From NCBI GenBank assembly GCA_945872615.1, contig CAMBZZ010000001.1, forward strand, positions 90,701 through 154,700: 64,000 bases of DNA. Reading direction: 5' to 3'. Below are positions 37,007 to 45,587 of the stretch, piece after piece (position 1 is the first letter of the stretch; every line of letters begins with the position of its first letter). This DNA comes from an uncultured Clostridia bacterium (lineage in GTDB: Bacteria; Bacillota; Clostridia; Christensenellales; UBA3700). A program made the translations under genes and the position numbers. The notes beneath the pieces were generated by a model. That model saw only the letters and a list, made by a program, of their open reading frames with translations, did no database searches and was not told where the DNA came from.

Positions 37007-37941
37007 TTTACCGTCTCCATATAAATCTGTTCCAGCGTTTTCTTCTTGGTATTGATTGACGTGATTGCTACGCCCGCCCCGACCAAAGCCGCCGTGACGT
37101 CGCTTATTTGTTGCTCAGACGTGCATTTGACGTAGAGATACTGGTCAACAACCTTGACTTGTATATCCTCCAATTCCGCTATTATTTGCGCCGCCTTGAT
37201 AACGTCGGAACAAGTCATGCGCAAGATAATCTCGTTGTTGTCCTTTTGGAGATTGGCAATGGTGTCTACGGCAATGAGTTTGCCACGCTTCATAATGCCA
37301 ACTCTGTCGCAAAGTTCTTCGAGCTCCGACAATATGTGAGAAGATACCAGTATAGTAGTGCCGTACTCTTTGGCTAAAGTACGCAACAAACCCCTCATCT
37401 CTATGATACCCTGCGGGTCGAAGCCGTTGATAGGCTCGTCGAGCAACAGTACTTGCGGAGAGTGCATTATCGCTTGCGCGATGCCAAGTCTTTGGCGCAT
37501 ACCCAAAGAATAAGTGGAAAACTTGGTATTGATACGCTCCTTTAAGCCGACAATCTCCACCACTTGGTCTATCCTCGACTGTGGCAAGCCTCCGCCCAGC
37601 CTTGCAAGCATCGTAAGATTTTGCATGCCCGTCATATCCTTGAAAAGCGTAGGCTCTTCTACTATTGCGCCGACGCAAGACAACACCTTTTCGCTATCCT
37701 TATCGCTGTCGTAACCGCATATCGTCACGCTGCCGCTGTCGGCTTTGGTAAGCCCTAGCATAAGTTTGATAAGCGTGGTTTTGCCCGCGCCGTTGGAGCC
37801 TACAAGTCCGAATATCTCGCCTTGCTCAACGTCCAAAGTCACATCGTCGACAGCCGTGATATATTGACTGTCCGACTTGAGACCCGTTTTGTTCTTGGTC
37901 TTATACGTCTTGGTAAGACCCTTGATAGATATAATTGCCAT
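37003..37941 (-). CDS. ABC transporter ATP-binding protein
   Basis: 312 aa with Walker A GSNGAGKTT, signature YSLGMRQR and Walker B LLLLDEP. Confidence 0.9.
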   Translation of the reverse strand: MAIISIKGLTKTYKTKNKTGLKSDSQYITAVDDVTLDVEQGEIFGLVGSNGAGKTTLIKLMLGLTKADSGSVTICGYDSDKDSEKVLSCVGAIVEEPTLFKDMTGMQNLTMLARLGGGLPQSRIDQVVEIVGLKERINTKFSTYSLGMRQRLGIAQAIMHSPQVLLLDEPINGFDPQGIIEMRGLLRTLAKEYGTTILVSSHILSELEELCDRVGIMKRGKLIAVDTIANLQKDNNEIILRMTCSDVIKAAQIIAELEDIQVKVVDQYLYVKCTSEQQISDVTAALVGAGVAITSINTKKKTLEQIYMETVK

Positions 37942-38096
37942 TTGCCCTCGTTGTGGTCGAAAAAGTCGATGAATACAATATTTTGTATGCGAAAAAACTT
38001 TTCGACAAAAGACTTGATATTTTTGATAAATATGGTATTATTTTATATACCGCAGTTTGATTGTAGCACATTTTATACGTTACTTCAAGGAGTTTT

Positions 38097-39536
38097 ATGA
38101 ATTTTTGCACCACTTCGGCAACGCTGGACGACAACGGATACACGCTGCTGAAAAACAAGTTTATAACCGATTATATGCCTCTATGCGACGAGATACAACT
38201 CAAGGTGTACCTCTACGGGTTGTATTTGTCCTCGTGTCCTCTATCCGTCGACAACAGCATAGACAATATGTGCTCCGTCCTAGAATTGCAAACAGACGAG
38301 GTGGAAAAGGCGTACAACGGACTTTCGGAGCTCGGATTGGTGAGCGTAACGAGCCTCTCTCCTCTCTCAATCAAGTACAACACCCTCGCACAAGCGGGCT
38401 ATAAAAAACACTACAAAGCGGAAAAATACGCCGACTTCAACAGACAACTCGAGAGCATATTCGGCGAAAATCTAACGCTTCCTTCGCAATATCTTCCTTA
38501 CTACGAATTTTTGGAAGAGAGCAAAATGGCACCCGAAGTTTTGCTGATGATTGCTCGCTATTGCGTAGGCATCAAAAACGAAAAAATCAAACCCAACTAC
38601 GTCATCGCCGTAGCCAAAAATTGGCTTAGCGAAGGAGTGAGAAGCATCGAGGACGTCGAAGCGCGCATCTCTATGCTTGAATTGACCTCCGACGGTCTGA
38701 GAGCTGTGGGCAAAGCACTAAACAAAAAGTCGGATATGAGCGTAGACGACAAAGACCTATATATCAAATGGACCAAGACTTGGGGATTTGAGTTGCAAGC
38801 GGTGCTTGCGGTCATCAAAACGGCAAAAATCAAGTCAAGCATGGCAAAACTCGACGCTACGCTGGACGAGTGTTTCCGCAACAACGCCATAAGCCTAAGT
38901 GAAGCAACGGCTTATATCGAAGGCAAACAACATCTCAAAGACCTTGCCATTGCCGTCAACAAAAACCTCGGTCTATTCTACGAAAGCGTGGAAAGCGTGG
39001 TGGAAAAATACATATCGCCGTGGCTCGCTAAGGGCTTGGAGGAGGACGCTATTCTATTGACAGCGGAATACTGTTTCTCCAACTCCGTGCGCACGCTGGA
39101 AGGTATGAACCACGTGGCGAATAAATTCGTCAAAGAAGGCAGACTGAGCGTACAAGCAATCAACGAATATCTGTCGGAACTAGCCGATATAGACAAGACT
39201 ATCGCCAAAATGTTGGAGGCGTGCGGTACTTCTCGCGCCGTCATCAAGTCGGATAGAGAACAGTACGCCGTGTGGAAGTCTTGGGGCTTCGACGACGAGA
39301 TTATACTCTACGCTTGCTCCTCTAGCGCGGGTAAAAATTACCCTATGGGCAACGCTCACTCGCTGTTGTCGCGTTGGAGACAAGCGGGGCTCGATAACTT
39401 GGAAGCAATCAAAGCCTATGGCACGGGCGCCTCGGATAAGAGCACCGTCGCCTTTAACGAGAGCGACAAAAAATATAGCAAAGACGAATTGTCGTCCTAT
39501 CTCGGTAGCATAGACGACTTGGGAGATCTCGTATAA
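38097..39536 (+). CDS. DnaD-domain replication initiation/helicase-loading protein (B. subtilis DnaB/DnaD-like)
   Basis: 479 aa with about four repeats of a DnaD-like C-terminal module (for example NYVIAVAKNWLSEGVRSIEDV and HSLLSRWRQAGLDNLEAI). Lies immediately upstream of dnaI. Confidence 0.7.
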   Translation: MNFCTTSATLDDNGYTLLKNKFITDYMPLCDEIQLKVYLYGLYLSSCPLSVDNSIDNMCSVLELQTDEVEKAYNGLSELGLVSVTSLSPLSIKYNTLAQAGYKKHYKAEKYADFNRQLESIFGENLTLPSQYLPYYEFLEESKMAPEVLLMIARYCVGIKNEKIKPNYVIAVAKNWLSEGVRSIEDVEARISMLELTSDGLRAVGKALNKKSDMSVDDKDLYIKWTKTWGFELQAVLAVIKTAKIKSSMAKLDATLDECFRNNAISLSEATAYIEGKQHLKDLAIAVNKNLGLFYESVESVVEKYISPWLAKGLEEDAILLTAEYCFSNSVRTLEGMNHVANKFVKEGRLSVQAINEYLSELADIDKTIAKMLEACGTSRAVIKSDREQYAVWKSWGFDDEIILYACSSSAGKNYPMGNAHSLLSRWRQAGLDNLEAIKAYGTGASDKSTVAFNESDKKYSKDELSSYLGSIDDLGDLV

Positions 39537-40468
39537 TGAACAAACAATTTGTGTCCAAACTCAACGCGGAATTTAGCAATAAGCGAGTAGAAGCCGAACA
39601 CGACTTGTCGGTGCGCTTTGCCGCGGCAATGCAAGACCAGCGCTTTGGAGAATTGTATACTGCCAAAAGAAGCTTAGAGAACGAACTGTTGAGAAGAAGT
39701 AGTATGAAGTTGGACGCGGGCGACCTAAGACAACGCCTCAAAGACGCTACCAAAGCCTACGACGAGTACGTAATTAGCCACAACTTAGACATAGAGGCTC
39801 ACTATCAATGCCCTATCTGTCACGATAAAGGTTGGGTGGACGACAAGCCTTGCAAATGCTATATGGAAGCGTATAGCGATTTGTTGAGAAAGGAAGCGTT
39901 GATTTCTCCTCTACCCGACTTTAATTTTGAAGACAATAGACTAGAAGAATTGGGCGTAAACGAAAAAACACAACAACTTTATCCGATGTTCCAAAAGTTT
40001 TGTGACAACTTTGACTACTCCAAACTGCGCTCGGTCTATCTGTCGGGCGCCGTAGGCGTGGGAAAAACTACTTTGCTCTCTTGCATAGCCAATAAGTTGA
40101 TAAAAAATGGCAAATACGTGGTGTATGTGACCGCGTTTGATTGGAGTAGAATAGTGCTCGCCAAACACTTGTCCAAAAACGACGCGCTAAGCGAATTGTA
40201 CGATAGTTTGTTGCAATGCGATTTGTTAATAATAGACGACCTAGGTACCGAGCCTATGTATAAAAACGTGTCTCTCGAATACTTTTTGTCGATAGTAGAC
40301 TGGCGTATCAATCACGGCAAAAAAACCATTTTGTCCAGCAATCTTACGGGAGATCAGTTCGTTAAGCGATACGGCGAAAGGGCTTTTTCTCGTATTTGTA
40401 ATAAGGCTTACGCCTACGCTACTTATATAGACGGAATAGATTTGAGAAAAATAAAGCCAAAACATTGA
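39536..40468 (+). CDS. dnaI: Primosomal helicase loader DnaI/DnaC family ATPase
   Basis: 310 aa with an N-terminal zinc module CPICHDKGW...CKC, Walker A GAVGVGKTT and Walker B LLIIDDLG. The start overlaps the upstream stop. Confidence 0.8.
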   Translation: MNKQFVSKLNAEFSNKRVEAEHDLSVRFAAAMQDQRFGELYTAKRSLENELLRRSSMKLDAGDLRQRLKDATKAYDEYVISHNLDIEAHYQCPICHDKGWVDDKPCKCYMEAYSDLLRKEALISPLPDFNFEDNRLEELGVNEKTQQLYPMFQKFCDNFDYSKLRSVYLSGAVGVGKTTLLSCIANKLIKNGKYVVYVTAFDWSRIVLAKHLSKNDALSELYDSLLQCDLLIIDDLGTEPMYKNVSLEYFLSIVDWRINHGKKTILSSNLTGDQFVKRYGERAFSRICNKAYAYATYIDGIDLRKIKPKH

Positions 40469-40493
40469 CAAAGACGATTTTGTCCTATATAAT
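40465..40493 (+). promoter_or_regulatory. Candidate promoter for tRNA-Thr
   Basis: TTGACA (40465-40470), a 17-nt spacer, then TATAAT (40488-40493). The tRNA starts at 40512. Confidence 0.6.
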
Positions 40494-40511
40494 AAGTGAG
40501 CAAACTAAATT

Positions 40512-40587
<76 letters not shown>

Positions 40588-40593
40588 TATTTA

Positions 40594-40626
40594 GCACCTA
40601 TGGATTTTCCATAGGTGCATTTTTTA
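40594..40626 (+). terminator. Intrinsic terminator after the tRNA
   Basis: Stem GCACCTATGG/CCATAGGTGC with a 5-nt loop, followed by a T-run. Confidence 0.8.
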
Positions 40627-40705
40627 TCGGGTGTTGCACTTGATAGTATAATTCACCGGAAACTATAGCGACCTTTCAAAAATTGAAAGGTCGTATTCGT
40701 CAAAA

Positions 40706-41257
40706 TTATTTTTCTAATAAGTTGATTATCTTTTTATTCTTGCTTTGCGCATATTTGTACGCAAGCGCAGTGCCGCTGTTGGTTTGATATGCCTCGCCTA
40801 ATGAATTGTAGCCGCCTTGCGGGCGATAATTTTTGTCATAATAGAATATACAATATTGACTGTCGTCTATCATTGCTCGGTTGCGCTCAATATAACTAGC
40901 TTTTCCTGCCTTATATTTGCCTGCAAACTCAAACTCTTCGTCAACCGTAAGAATGCCTTGCTTTTGCCCTAGAAAACGTGAAAAGATACTCTCCCACTTT
41001 TGCCGTTCGCTCTCCAAAAAACACCCTTCGCTCTTGCAAGTGTACGCTACCCTTTTGACTGAGGGATAGCAACGCTTGAGGTTAGAAACAATGCCGTGAC
41101 ACAACGTATTAAACTCACTGCGACTGCCAAACAAAAAGGTAGTTACTTGACGATGAGCTATCAAAAACTCGATACATGTCTTGACTTTTTCGACAAGTTG
41201 GTCGGTGACAGCTATATTTCTATGTCCGAAAAAAGAACAAGTTTTTTGATTTTGCAT
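40706..41257 (-). CDS. SLOG-superfamily protein, DUF1273/YpsA-like
   Basis: 183 aa with an N-terminal CSFFGHR motif and overall Rossmann-like alternation typical of DUF1273. Confidence 0.55.
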   Translation of the reverse strand: MQNQKTCSFFGHRNIAVTDQLVEKVKTCIEFLIAHRQVTTFLFGSRSEFNTLCHGIVSNLKRCYPSVKRVAYTCKSEGCFLESERQKWESIFSRFLGQKQGILTVDEEFEFAGKYKAGKASYIERNRAMIDDSQYCIFYYDKNYRPQGGYNSLGEAYQTNSGTALAYKYAQSKNKKIINLLEK

Positions 41258-41453
41258 ATTCCCTCTTTAGCTGATACGGTATAAAAAACCTTGTTTTGAC
41301 AATAAATATATCAATTTATATCAACCATACATACATTATATCATATATGAGTTTGTTATTATCTCATTTTGAACTAATAACAAAATTTTTGGTGTATTAT
41401 TTGTATCATCGTCTTGCGACAATACACTTACAATATAGTTAAGGAGTTGAGCT

Positions 41454-41768
41454 ATGACAAAAATTACCTACGACGAAGTGATTAATAGAATAGGATACTT
41501 TAGAACGAAAGCCAATTTGTCCTTGCGAGAAACTAGCGCAAGGCTCGGTTACAATCAGCAGTTTATGAAAACGATAGAAAATAAAAGCATCGAACTAAAG
41601 GTCAAAACGTTGTTGGACTTTTGCGATATAGTAGATATTACTCCTCAAGACTTCTTCTATCTCGGCGAGCACTACAACAAAGAGGATAAAAACGTGCTAG
41701 AGTTGTTCAACGCCCTCTCTGCAGACAACAAACAAACGATAATCGAATTGATGAAAAAACTCAAATAA
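41454..41768 (+). CDS. XRE-family helix-turn-helix regulator
   Basis: 104 aa with an HTH_3-like segment (KANLSLRETSARLGYNQQFMKTIENK). Confidence 0.7.
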   Translation: MTKITYDEVINRIGYFRTKANLSLRETSARLGYNQQFMKTIENKSIELKVKTLLDFCDIVDITPQDFFYLGEHYNKEDKNVLELFNALSADNKQTIIELMKKLK

Positions 41769-41776
41769 GGCGCGAT

Positions 41777-42016
41777 ATGACCACCGATGAAGCAATAAGA
41801 AAAAGAATAACGGAAATAGTCGAGCAAAATAACACCACTTTGACGGCGCTTTGCTTGCAATCCAATCTTACTCCGTCAACGATATTCGACTTGATGGTTG
41901 GCAAAAGCAAATGTCCAAAAGTCATTACCATAAAGAAACTATGTATGGGCGCCAATATAACGCTGAGAGACTTCTTTGACCGCGACTACTTTGACGATAT
42001 AGACGATATTTTGTAA
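41777..42016 (+). CDS. XRE-family helix-turn-helix regulator (short)
   Basis: 79 aa, HTH-like (TLTALCLQSNLTPSTIFDLMVGKS). Starts 9 nt after the previous gene. Confidence 0.6.
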   Translation: MTTDEAIRKRITEIVEQNNTTLTALCLQSNLTPSTIFDLMVGKSKCPKVITIKKLCMGANITLRDFFDRDYFDDIDDIL

Positions 42017-42041
42017 TAATTTTGAATAAACTTGACTGTAA

Positions 42042-42078
42042 GATACGATTTGACATAGACAAGTCGTATCGTTTTTTT
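42042..42078 (+). terminator. Intrinsic terminator
   Basis: Stem GATACGA/TCGTATC with a 15-nt loop, followed by GTTTTTTT. Confidence 0.55.
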
Positions 42079-42097
42079 GTAAAAAATAAAACGGCTA

Positions 42098-42126
42098 TTG
42101 ACAAAATACGATAGACGTGATATTAT
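42098..42126 (+). promoter_or_regulatory. Candidate promoter of the Fur-family gene, with a downstream inverted repeat
   Basis: TTGACA (42098-42103), a 17-nt spacer, then TATTAT (42121-42126). CTTATT...AATAAG at 42127-42151 overlaps the predicted transcription start. Confidence 0.5.
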
Positions 42127-42165
42127 CTTATTGAGAATGAATACTAATAAGGAAAGAGTTTTGTT

Positions 42166-42552
42166 ATGACACAGCGCAACACAATTCAACGAACGTTGGT
42201 TTTGGACGCGGTAAGGCAGCTGCACAATCACGCTACCGCCGAAGAAATCTATCAATCGGTGGTAAAGTTGCATCCAAGCGTCAGTCGTGCTACCGTGTAT
42301 AGAAATCTTTCTCGCTTGGTTGACGACGGCGAGATTAGAAGATTGGAAATTCCTAACGAGCCCGACCGTTTTGACCACCTTTGCCACCAACATTATCACG
42401 TCAAATGCGTAAAATGCCAGAGAATCTTTGACGTGGATATGGAATATTTGGGAGAAATAGAAAGTAAAATCAAGGATAGCCACGGCTTCGATATTGTTGG
42501 GCACGACCTTGTGTTTTGGGGAATTTGCCCCGAGTGTAAAAATAGTAAATAA
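42166..42552 (+). CDS. Fur-family metalloregulator (Fur/Zur/PerR type not resolved)
   Basis: 128 aa with a wHTH (ATAEEIYQSV...SRATVYRNL), an HxH region (HQHYHVKC), and the structural CxxC pairs CVKC and CPEC. Confidence 0.8.
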   Translation: MTQRNTIQRTLVLDAVRQLHNHATAEEIYQSVVKLHPSVSRATVYRNLSRLVDDGEIRRLEIPNEPDRFDHLCHQHYHVKCVKCQRIFDVDMEYLGEIESKIKDSHGFDIVGHDLVFWGICPECKNSK

Positions 42553-42580
42553 CGGGCGTTGCCCAAAAAAGGAGATTTAT

Positions 42581-43144
42581 ATGAGAAGCATTACTACATT
42601 GGATTTGCAATACGCACACAGATTTTACGGATTTAAGGGAGAGGCGCAATATTTGCACGGACACACGGGCGTGTTGACCATCGAGGTGGAAGACAGCATC
42701 GAAGCGGGCGTCAATATGGTATTCCCTTGCAACGAAATCCAAAAGACCGCTTGGGAAGTGCTAAAGAACTTTGACCATGCGTTGATTTTGAGAGAGGACG
42801 ACCCACTTCTTCCCGCTATACTCGGCGTGTACGAGGCTCAAGGAATTAAAAACGGCGCTCCTAGCAACAAAATGAAAGGTCCTGCCTTCGAAACTTCGCT
42901 GGCAAAAGCATATCCCGATTGCCGCCTCGTGGTAACCAAAGAGACGATGACCGTCGAAGGTATGATAAAAATCGTCTACGACTTGCTCAAAGATAAGTTG
43001 AATATCGCAAAACTTACCTTTACCAGCGGTGTAAATGCGGCAAGCCAAGAATATCAACCAACCAAGAGCATTGACCGTTGTCCTCTCTGCGGTATCGCTA
43101 TGAACGAAAAAGGCATTTGTCCTAAGTGCGGATACCGTAAATAA
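42581..43144 (+). CDS. 6-pyruvoyl-tetrahydropterin synthase/QueD-family protein with a C-terminal zinc ribbon
   Basis: 187 aa from the ATG at 42581 (GGAG RBS at 42571). It has the PTPS-like HGH motif (YLHGHTGVLTIEV) and a C-terminal CPLCG...CPKCG ribbon. Confidence 0.6.
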   Translation: MRSITTLDLQYAHRFYGFKGEAQYLHGHTGVLTIEVEDSIEAGVNMVFPCNEIQKTAWEVLKNFDHALILREDDPLLPAILGVYEAQGIKNGAPSNKMKGPAFETSLAKAYPDCRLVVTKETMTVEGMIKIVYDLLKDKLNIAKLTFTSGVNAASQEYQPTKSIDRCPLCGIAMNEKGICPKCGYRK

Positions 43145-43152
43145 TCGTCATC

Positions 43153-43187
43153 AAAAAAATAAGCGACCTAAGGTCGCTTATTTTTTA
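43153..43187. terminator. Bidirectional intrinsic terminator
   Basis: A-run, stem AAGCGACC/GGTCGCTT with a 3-nt loop, then T-run. Lies between convergent genes. Confidence 0.8.
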
Positions 43188-43208
43188 CTCTATCGGTAGT
43201 ATCTTTAC

Positions 43209-44165
43209 TTACTCGCCCACTATCGACCAAGAAATTATTTTGCTCATCGTGCCGTCTGCGAAAACGTAGTCGCCGGGATATTCTAAATCGGGATTGATTA
43301 TCACGTTGACGCTATATTCGCCTACTTCGGTGGCTTGGGTAGTGCCTAATATCATAACGTAGTCTTTGATATTTTCGTATTCTTCCCAATTTAGTGAGAA
43401 GGTTATCTCCTCACCCGTATAGGTAAATTGGGTACTGTCGTAAGTAGGAAGGGCTATCTTCTTAGGCGTTATCTCCCAATAGACGGACACAATGTCACTA
43501 AGATTGCCACTTTCGTCGGCAAAATAATAGTTGTCCGCAGTTTTGATATTGAAAAAGTATTCGTTACCCGCATTGACGTGCGTCTGCGAAGTTGCGGTTG
43601 TGCCGTACGGCTCGCTGGCGCTCACAATCTTTATTTTACCTTGAGCGAGCAACTGACTGATCGTAGGTAGTCCCGCCGCTACTTGCAAAGGGTCGAGTAA
43701 ATCGGTAATACAATCTATCTCATCGCCCGTAAACTCGATATTGCATTCTCCTCTGTCGGGGATAATTGGCATTGCTATAGTAATCGCTTCTACCACTACG
43801 TCGATATAGGTATCGAAGTCGTTGTAACGGAAGGTAACGGCGTAAGTGCCTGCATCGGGCGTTCCCGCTACGGCGGACGCGTCCAAAGTGTATTGGTCTG
43901 CCGTCAAGGTAATAGGCGCATCTTGGTCGCTTTCATACAACACTTCTACCTTGAAGTCGTCCTTGGAAATATCTATAGTTTCGCCATATTTGTAGGTGAT
44001 GACTATATGTCCGCTCTCGTCTTGCGTTGCGTTGGCAAAAGTGCCTTGAAGCGATACTTTTATGGCTCTTTCCACGGGCTCGGAATTGTTGCACGCCGAA
44101 AAGACAACGGCTATAGTCGCTATCGTCAATATGGTTATCATCAAAAATAATATCTTTCTTTTCAT
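43209..44165 (-). CDS. Lipoprotein with repeated Ig-like beta-rich segments
   Basis: 318 aa from the ATG at 44165 (MKRKILFLMITILTIATIAVVFSAC lipobox). The upstream 72 codons of the ORF-track entry run into repeat sequence. Confidence 0.65.
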   Translation of the reverse strand: MKRKILFLMITILTIATIAVVFSACNNSEPVERAIKVSLQGTFANATQDESGHIVITYKYGETIDISKDDFKVEVLYESDQDAPITLTADQYTLDASAVAGTPDAGTYAVTFRYNDFDTYIDVVVEAITIAMPIIPDRGECNIEFTGDEIDCITDLLDPLQVAAGLPTISQLLAQGKIKIVSASEPYGTTATSQTHVNAGNEYFFNIKTADNYYFADESGNLSDIVSVYWEITPKKIALPTYDSTQFTYTGEEITFSLNWEEYENIKDYVMILGTTQATEVGEYSVNVIINPDLEYPGDYVFADGTMSKIISWSIVGE

Positions 44166-44267
44166 AACCTCTCCATTGATAAATAAATTATAGCACAAGT
44201 ATTGATATGGTGTAAAGAGGTAATTGTTGACAGATTTAGTCGTACTCTCATGGATAGAATAAAACAC

Positions 44268-44432
44268 AATCCCCCACCCGACAAAGTCGGGAGCCCCCTT
44301 TGCACAAAGGGGCCTTTTTATAATGATGAGATTCCCACGCTCGCTTTGCTCGCTCTGAATGACAAACTTCTTGGTTGTCACTCCACGGCAATGACATACA
44401 ACCCTTTGACGGCAGAGATGCGAGCAAGACTA
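44268..44432 (-). repeat. Hairpin-repeat array D (same family, inverted orientation)
   Basis: Reverse complements of class-2 (44268-44314), class-1 (44328-44363), truncated class-1 (44376-44395) and the CTCGCA...GCCGTCAAAGGGTTGTAT module (44393-44432). Confidence 0.8.
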
Positions 44433-44433
44433 G

Positions 44434-44459
44434 GAAAAAGGCAACTTTATCAGTTGCCT
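44434..44459 (-). terminator. Intrinsic terminator downstream of cysK
   Basis: Minus strand reads AGGCAACTgataaAGTTGCCT followed by TTTTT. It lies about 190 nt after the cysK stop. Confidence 0.6.
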
Positions 44460-44652
44460 CAATTTGTTATTAGTTGCAATGGTGCTGCTCTCTCGCGGTG
44501 TAGATGCGAGTTAGGCGCGAAGAGCGAGGATTGGGCGACAGGAGCATACTCCTTGTATGTGACTAAGCACAACCGCAAGTTCGACAAAGCATAACGACGC
44601 ACATCCGCCACGAGAGCGACACAGTATTTCGAAGTATATATACCGTGAGAAA

Positions 44653-45585
44653 TTAGTCGGAGAAGAGAGGAGTAGAAAGATACCTATCCCCACTATCCGG
44701 CAACAACACTACGATATTTTTGCCGGCGTATTCGTCTTGCTTGGCTAGTTGAATTGCCGCTGCCAAGGCTGCGCCAGACGAGATGCCAACCAACACGCCC
44801 TCGGTGGAGGCGATGAGTTTGCCCTTTTCGAAGGCTTCTTCGTTGGATATGGCGATGATTTGGTCATATATGGTCGTATCGAGCACTTTTGGCACGAAGC
44901 CCGCTCCGATGCCTTGTATCTTGTGCGCTCCCGCTACGCCCGTGGATAGGACTGCCGAAGTTGCAGGCTCTACCGCTACGACTTTGACGGAAGGCTTCTT
45001 GGATTTGAGGTATTGTCCTACGCCCGTGACCGTTCCGCCCGTGCCTACGCCCGCAACGAATACGTCGACTTCTCCGTCGGTGTCTTCGAAAATTTCGACG
45101 CCCGTGCTAGTAAAGTGAGCCTTTGGATTGGCGGGGTTATCAAACTGCGAAGGAACGAAACTACCCTCTATCGTCTCGGCGAGTTGGTTTGCCTTTTCGA
45201 TTGCACCCTTCATACCCTTGGAGCCGTCGCTAAGGACGATTTCCGCGCCGTAAGCCTTGATAAGTTGACGGCGTTCTACCGACATGGTCTCGGGCATAAC
45301 TATAATAACTCTATAGCCTCTTGCCGTGCCTACCGCAGCTAGTCCGATACCCGTATTGCCAGACGTCGGTTCGATAATCGTGCTACCTGTATTGAGTTTT
45401 CCGCTCTTTTCCGCCTCGGTTATCATTGCCAAAGCGACCCTATCTTTGACCGAACCCGACAAGTTGAAGTATTCGAGTTTGGCAATGATTTTGCCCTTGA
45501 GCCCCAACTTTTGCTCCAACTTATTAAGTCTTAGAAGTGGGGTTTTGCCGATAAGGCTATCTGCCGATTGATATATTGCACTCAT
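44653..45585 (-). CDS. cysK: Cysteine synthase A (O-acetylserine sulfhydrylase)
   Basis: 310 aa with the PLP-lysine motif (NLSGSVKDR) and the TSGNTG and GTGGT loops. Confidence 0.9.
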   Translation of the reverse strand: MSAIYQSADSLIGKTPLLRLNKLEQKLGLKGKIIAKLEYFNLSGSVKDRVALAMITEAEKSGKLNTGSTIIEPTSGNTGIGLAAVGTARGYRVIIVMPETMSVERRQLIKAYGAEIVLSDGSKGMKGAIEKANQLAETIEGSFVPSQFDNPANPKAHFTSTGVEIFEDTDGEVDVFVAGVGTGGTVTGVGQYLKSKKPSVKVVAVEPATSAVLSTGVAGAHKIQGIGAGFVPKVLDTTIYDQIIAISNEEAFEKGKLIASTEGVLVGISSGAALAAAIQLAKQDEYAGKNIVVLLPDSGDRYLSTPLFSD

Positions 45586-45587
45586 AA

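Noticed and set aside
44202-44693. ORFs 44202-44594 (plus) and 44511-44693 (minus)
   Set aside because: They cover repeat array D and the cysK 3' untranslated region. They have no RBS and no recognisable domains.
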